A DNA stretch of 64,000 bases, from NCBI GenBank assembly GCA_900541675.1, contig UQKU01000007.1:890-64889 (forward strand), given 5' to 3'. Positions 59,240 to 64,000 of this stretch are shown one piece after another. The notes below the pieces were generated by a model, which ran no database searches, was not told the origin of the DNA, and saw only the letters and a list, made by a program, of their open reading frames with translations. The position numbers and the translations under genes were made by a program. This DNA is from an uncultured Collinsella sp. (lineage in GTDB: Bacteria > Actinomycetota > Coriobacteriia > Coriobacteriales > Coriobacteriaceae). Numbering within the stretch: position 1 is the stretch's first letter; the number at the start of each line of letters is the position of its first letter.

Positions 59240-60661
59240 CTACAGTTGTTCAAGGTTGGCGAGAAACGCCACATAGAATTCGATGCCGCGCTTGTAGACG
59301 TCGACGCCGATGCGTTCGTTGGCGGCATGGATGAGCTTGCGCGCCTCGCCCGAGTAGATAAAGCCGCAGAAGCGGTAGACGCGATCGCAGATCTCGTTGA
59401 ACTCGCGCGAGTCGGTACAGGAGTTCTGCACGTAGGGAGCAAAGCCGGCCTCGGGATAGACACCCGACACGCAGCGATGGATGTAGTTGAAGGCGGCATC
59501 GTCTTCGTAAGGCGAGATGGGCGCGGGCTCGGTGTAGGGAATCGCCTCGTTGATTTCGACGGTGACATGGTCGGGGCTTACGCCCGAGGCGCGGCACTGC
59601 TGGGCGGCGAGCTTGCGGGCGCGCTCAACGGCATCGGCGATGGTCTCGAACGGAGCGATGCGCACGTTGAAGTTGGCGCGAGCAACTGGTGGCAGCACAT
59701 TGTGCGCATTGGAGCCTTCGAGCTGCGTGAGCGCATAGGTTGTGCGCAGCATGGCCGAGGTCTCGGGGCTGGCGGCCATGATCTTGGTAACCGCGGGGCG
59801 CGTGAGCCACAGGTTGCCAAAGATTGCCTGATACGTCGCGCTGCTACGGGCACCCAACTCGGTCAGTGTGGCCTCGACGGCGGGCGTGAGCTGCGGCTTG
59901 CCGGGGTTGGCCGAGATAGTCTCGCATACACGGCAGAGAAGACGGCAGGCATCGTTTGCCGCAGGCGTAGAGGCATGGCCGCCGTCGGCGCGCGCCGTGA
60001 CGGTAAGGTCGACGTGGCCCTTCTCGGACACGCCTACCATGGCAACGGGTTCGGTGACGCCGAGCGGGGCGTCGGTTGCCACGGCGCCACCCTCATCGAG
60101 CACCATGTAGGGATGGATGTTATGCTCGCGAAGCCACTGCACTGCATGGGTTGCAGTAGGTGCGGCGATTTCCTCGCCATCGCTCGAGAAGAACCAGACA
60201 TCGCGCGGGGGAACGAAGCCCTGGGCAATCAAATGCTCGGCGGCCTCGAAGAAAGCCGAGACGATGCACTTGGTGTCGAGTGATCCGCGGGCCCAGATCT
60301 CGCCGTCGAAGATCTCGGCTCCAAAGGGATCGTGCTTCCAGTCTTGGCCCTCGACGGGCACGACGTCCTGATGCGCCATCATGACGATGGGGTCCAAGGC
60401 GGAATCGGCGCCAGGCCAACGCAGGAGCATGCCAAAGTCGTCGACGCGTGTGAGCTCGGCGACTTTAAAGAAATGCGGATAAAGTCGCTGAAGCGTGGGA
60501 ATCCACTGGCTGAAGGGCTCATCGTCGCGCTCGGCGATGTTCTCACGCGAAACGGTGGGGATGCGCAGCAATTCGCAAAAGCGCTCGACGGCTGCCTCGT
60601 CTGCCTTGTAGGTGCCTGCATCAAGAGGCGCGCCCTGTGCGACCGATACCGATGCTCCCAT
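59240..60661 (-). CDS. M20 peptidase/amidase (carboxypeptidase S / PM20D1-like)
   Basis: MAHQDVVP, WARGSLDTK, DGEE, LDEGG, GGHASTP, IHAANERI. Confidence 0.88.
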   Translation of the reverse strand: MGASVSVAQGAPLDAGTYKADEAAVERFCELLRIPTVSRENIAERDDEPFSQWIPTLQRLYPHFFKVAELTRVDDFGMLLRWPGADSALDPIVMMAHQDVVPVEGQDWKHDPFGAEIFDGEIWARGSLDTKCIVSAFFEAAEHLIAQGFVPPRDVWFFSSDGEEIAAPTATHAVQWLREHNIHPYMVLDEGGAVATDAPLGVTEPVAMVGVSEKGHVDLTVTARADGGHASTPAANDACRLLCRVCETISANPGKPQLTPAVEATLTELGARSSATYQAIFGNLWLTRPAVTKIMAASPETSAMLRTTYALTQLEGSNAHNVLPPVARANFNVRIAPFETIADAVERARKLAAQQCRASGVSPDHVTVEINEAIPYTEPAPISPYEDDAAFNYIHRCVSGVYPEAGFAPYVQNSCTDSREFNEICDRVYRFCGFIYSGEARKLIHAANERIGVDVYKRGIEFYVAFLANLEQL

Positions 60662-60771
60662 GGTGGGACTCCTTTCGTGTTGTATATCGAATACGTCAAG
60701 ATTATCGCCCGCACCGCGCGTGGGAAATGGCGAAACACGTTGCTCATCTGCGGGCGGCGGGTCGGATAGCC

Positions 60772-61215
60772 TTAGCCGACGATGACCGTGCCGTCTTCGG
60801 TCACGGTGATGGCGTCTCCCGTCGACACAGCATCGAGAAACTCATCGCCCAGGTTGTCAATGGTGGGCATGGGGGTGTCGGTCCATACACCCGAGAGGAT
60901 CGCGCCAGCGGCGGCAAGGCTGTCAATGGGTTTGGAAAACAGCAGGCATGCGGGTTGGCGCCCCATTTTGGTGGCGCAGAAGAGCACCATGCCGCCTGTG
61001 GTGGAGCCGATAGTCTGCGGAAGACACAAGGCACATCCCGCCAAAGGTTTGCCGTACAAGTCGGGATTGTTTTGGTCGGAACACGTGGCCTTTTTGTCGC
61101 CAAACATCAGTGCCTTCTGAAACGATGCGAGCGTGTTGAGCCCTCCGTGAGAGACAAGTGCCTTGGCGTGGGCAGTTCCGGGGACAACGACGCGGCCGTG
61201 AAAGATTTTTTCCAT
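60772..61215 (-). CDS. Aconitase X small (swivel) subunit, DUF126
   Basis: PQTIGSTTGG catalytic-Ser motif; GDAITV..DGTV. Confidence 0.8.
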   Translation of the reverse strand: MEKIFHGRVVVPGTAHAKALVSHGGLNTLASFQKALMFGDKKATCSDQNNPDLYGKPLAGCALCLPQTIGSTTGGMVLFCATKMGRQPACLLFSKPIDSLAAAGAILSGVWTDTPMPTIDNLGDEFLDAVSTGDAITVTEDGTVIVG

Positions 61216-61229
61216 GAGGAGTCGCCTTC

Positions 61230-62519
61230 CTATTTGATTGGTTTTCCGGTGGTGACGTAGGCGAGCACTTCGTCGTCGGTGTAGTAGCGCGATGCCGAGT
61301 ACGTACGCAACTTGTTGGAGTTGGTGATGATGGGCATGCTGCCGCACAGCGGGTTGTTGGTGTACATAAGCGGGCAGATGCTCGAGACGACGGCACCGGT
61401 AGTCGAGAGGCGTCTGTATGCCGCAGTCTTGCGGAAGGCGTCTGCCACGGATGGGGCGGCGGTCAGTACGGTGGGTACTTGCACGCGGCACTTGCCGGAG
61501 GCGCTCAGCCCATCGCAGATGGCGTCTGCCCAATGGGCGAGTTGTGCAGACGAGAGGTGGGGGCAGCCGATGAAGGCAAGCTTGGGGCGTGCGCCCGGGT
61601 TCTTCCACATAACGGGGTAGCTCGAGCGGATGCGTTCCAGCTCGGCGTCGTCAATGCGATAGATTTGGGCGTCTAGTGCTATGAGGTGTTCGCCTTGTTC
61701 GACGGCCTCGGGCGTGATGCCGTCCACGTGGTAGAGCCCGACAGCGCCGTTCGATGCGCTGGCGGCGCCCATGTCCTTAAGGTAGTCCTGCGTGCCGGGT
61801 GTGAGTTCGCGGCCAAGCCAGCGGTCGAGGCCTTTAATGTAAGGGACGTCTTCCATCACCTTCATGCCAATGGCGCTGCCAAGCACTTGCGCTTCGGGCT
61901 TGCGCTTACAGTCGACTTCGATGATCCAGGTCGCCTTGCGGCCCTCATCGGTGAGCAGGCCGAATTCCGGGACAAAGCCGGCAATTGAGCCGAACATCTC
62001 GATGATGCCGGAGTTGCGATTGCAGCGAGCGCCCAGCACGGAGTTGGCAAAGACCACGGCGCTGCTTTCTGCCCAGCTTAGGATGTCGCCACGCCGAGGT
62101 CGATTGCCAACCTCGGGCTGGTAACAGGTGCAGGTGAAAGCATCGTTGTCCAATAGACCCATGCTGCGCAGCTGTGCCTCATAATCGTCTTGTTTGGAAT
62201 ACATAATCTTGAACAGCAGCTTTTGCAGCGGGTTGGCCGGGACGGCGGGGTCGAGGGGCCTCGGGTCGACCGAGAATGACTGACCGGACAGGGCGCCGTC
62301 TTTCAGCAGCTCATCCATAAGGTCATAGACTGGACCGAGCATGGAGAGGCCAAAACTTGTGACAAGATGACCGTTTGCGCCGGTCACGGGAACCATACGC
62401 TCGGCGCCAAAGCATTCGCCGTACATAACGAGGGTCTTGACCACTTTGGCCATGGCGGGGCCCTTGGCGCCGTCGAGCAGGGCTTGTTGTTGGGAGGTCA
62501 GGTTCATCTGTGAGCCCAT
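61230..62519 (-). CDS. Aconitase X catalytic subunit, DUF521
   Basis: FTCTCY, WAESSAVVFANSVLGARCNR, YHVDGITPEA, IGCPH, SICP, TNSNK. Confidence 0.88.
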   Translation of the reverse strand: MGSQMNLTSQQQALLDGAKGPAMAKVVKTLVMYGECFGAERMVPVTGANGHLVTSFGLSMLGPVYDLMDELLKDGALSGQSFSVDPRPLDPAVPANPLQKLLFKIMYSKQDDYEAQLRSMGLLDNDAFTCTCYQPEVGNRPRRGDILSWAESSAVVFANSVLGARCNRNSGIIEMFGSIAGFVPEFGLLTDEGRKATWIIEVDCKRKPEAQVLGSAIGMKVMEDVPYIKGLDRWLGRELTPGTQDYLKDMGAASASNGAVGLYHVDGITPEAVEQGEHLIALDAQIYRIDDAELERIRSSYPVMWKNPGARPKLAFIGCPHLSSAQLAHWADAICDGLSASGKCRVQVPTVLTAAPSVADAFRKTAAYRRLSTTGAVVSSICPLMYTNNPLCGSMPIITNSNKLRTYSASRYYTDDEVLAYVTTGKPIK

Positions 62520-62528
62520 CCTTTCGTG

Positions 62529-64000
62529 TTAGATATTGGTGCCGAGTCGGTATGCCGCACGGACCGCTTCGAGCACACGGCCGGGCGCAAACCCATCGCC
62601 GATGTTATGCAGCTCGTCAGCGGCGTGCGTCTGCTGCAGTTTGTAGAACAGCGCGTCGTCGGGGTGTCCGCCGCAGGCAATGATTACCAAGTCGCAGGTT
62701 AGCTCGAGTGACTTCCAGTCGTTGCCGATTTTGGGTGCAAGCGGGTTTTCGACGTTCTCGGGCAAGACCGGTGACCACGAGACGTAGGGGTCGGGAACGT
62801 TTTTGTGGCAGTTGCGACTCAAGTGGAGACGCGCACACCTCGATGGGGCTCCAGACTCGCGTTTGCCGCCGACTTCCGCGCGCTCGACGCGTGTCATATT
62901 GAGGAGCCGCACATTGCGTCCCCTGAGCGTATGGAGTAGGTGGCCGCGATTTGCCGTGCAGGCGCCCTGCATCATGTGAGGCAGCATTTCAATTACGCTG
63001 ACCTGTGGTATGCCGTGTTCGACGGTGAGCCATTGGGCAACCTCGCAGCCCACGGCCCCTCCGCCAATGATGGTGACGGTTTTGGCGTTGCCAAGCAGCG
63101 CGGGTTGGCGCAGTAGCTGCGTTGCCAGCACGGCATGGCCCGATGCTGCAAGCTCCGTAAGACCGGGGATGGGCGGTATTGCATTGGAAGTGCCTGTCGC
63201 GCACACGATTGCGTCGAAGCCTGCTTTTGCAAGATCTTCGGCGCGTGCTGCCCGTCCAAGTTCGAGTGTCAGGTTCCCGTTGGGTTTTTCTGCCTGCTCG
63301 CGCACCTGTCGAACAAGATATGATCGGTAGTTATCGAGGTCGAACTTGATCCGGGCGGCGCTGGCGGAGAGGAGTTTTCCTCCAAGTTCATCTTCGGTAT
63401 CGATGAGCTTTACGTCGTGGCCACGACGCGCGGCGATTAGCGCACAGACCATCCCAGCGGGTCCGGCTCCTATCACCGCTATGCGTTTGGGTTCTTTGGC
63501 GGGAGCGGGTGTCTGGGGCATGAGGTATTCAAAGCTGCAGCGTGGATTGACGGCACACTGCGGATGGCCCCCTTCGACAAACTCGTTGAGGCATCCTTCC
63601 TGGCATCCGATGCAGGGGCGAATATCTGCCACGCGACCGGCGTACGCCTTGTTGGGCCACTCGGGATCCGCAAGCAGCGGGCGTCCGAGCATGATCATAT
63701 CGGCGTCGCCATTGCGAAGGGCGCGTTCGGCAATGTCGGGGTAGCCCAACTTACCCACCGCGACAACGGGTACGGGAAGGCCGGCATTGGAGCGGATATT
63801 GTCGGCGGCAAAGCGCTCTCGAACGGCGCGCGCCACGGGAACGAAGCAGCCTGCGGGCATGCTCGCAGGCGGGTGGGGCATCCACCAGTTGTCATAGCAA
63901 CCAAGGTCGACGTCAAAGATGTCTACTCCCGCCGCCACGAGCTCTTCCATATAACCCAGGGTCTGTTCGACTGTACGGCCGCCGCGCATGCGTCCCAGAT
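62529..64000 (-). CDS. 2-enoate reductase-like NADH:flavin oxidoreductase (OYE family), 5' end outside window
   Basis: LGRPLLADPEW, CIGCQEGC...CAVNP Fe-S motif, IGAGPAG, IGGGAVGCE. Confidence 0.9.
   Translation of the reverse strand, partial: LGRMRGGRTVEQTLGYMEELVAAGVDIFDVDLGCYDNWWMPHPPASMPAGCFVPVARAVRERFAADNIRSNAGLPVPVVAVGKLGYPDIAERALRNGDADMIMLGRPLLADPEWPNKAYAGRVADIRPCIGCQEGCLNEFVEGGHPQCAVNPRCSFEYLMPQTPAPAKEPKRIAVIGAGPAGMVCALIAARRGHDVKLIDTEDELGGKLLSASAARIKFDLDNYRSYLVRQVREQAEKPNGNLTLELGRAARAEDLAKAGFDAIVCATGTSNAIPPIPGLTELAASGHAVLATQLLRQPALLGNAKTVTIIGGGAVGCEVAQWLTVEHGIPQVSVIEMLPHMMQGACTANRGHLLHTLRGRNVRLLNMTRVERAEVGGKRESGAPSRCARLHLSRNCHKNVPDPYVSWSPVLPENVENPLAPKIGNDWKSLELTCDLVIIACGGHPDDALFYKLQQTHAADELHNIGDGFAPGRVLEAVRAAYRLGTNI

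Overview
High-GC chromosomal segment, probably from a gut Coriobacteriia bacterium (Collinsella-like; this is inferred from gene content, not shown). Most of it is housekeeping and metabolism: metY with a divergent LysR, nfo, a polar amino-acid ABC transporter, pgi, ettA, nadE, ldh, a fructoselysine-type frl cluster and a lysine-riboswitch-controlled dap/lys operon. The most notable items are: (1) a stand-alone three-gene cassette (unknown helical protein, ClpP, and a soluble VirD4/TraG-like ATPase) with no conjugation genes and an unusual repeat-rich leader; (2) an unannotated candidate type I toxin-antitoxin locus (28-aa hydrophobic peptide, convergent sRNA, LexA box in the toxin promoter); (3) an in-frame lysA-dapA fusion with an internal RBS and a suspicious early stop; (4) an enoate reductase-aconitase X-M20 amidase-MFS catabolic operon; (5) several MITE/REP-like palindromic elements; (6) a Met/Cys-containing leader peptide before metY; (7) a sortase-anchored surface protein split by one in-frame TGA. 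No rRNA, tRNA, CRISPR array, integrase or transposase was seen. All family calls come from motif recognition, not database searches.
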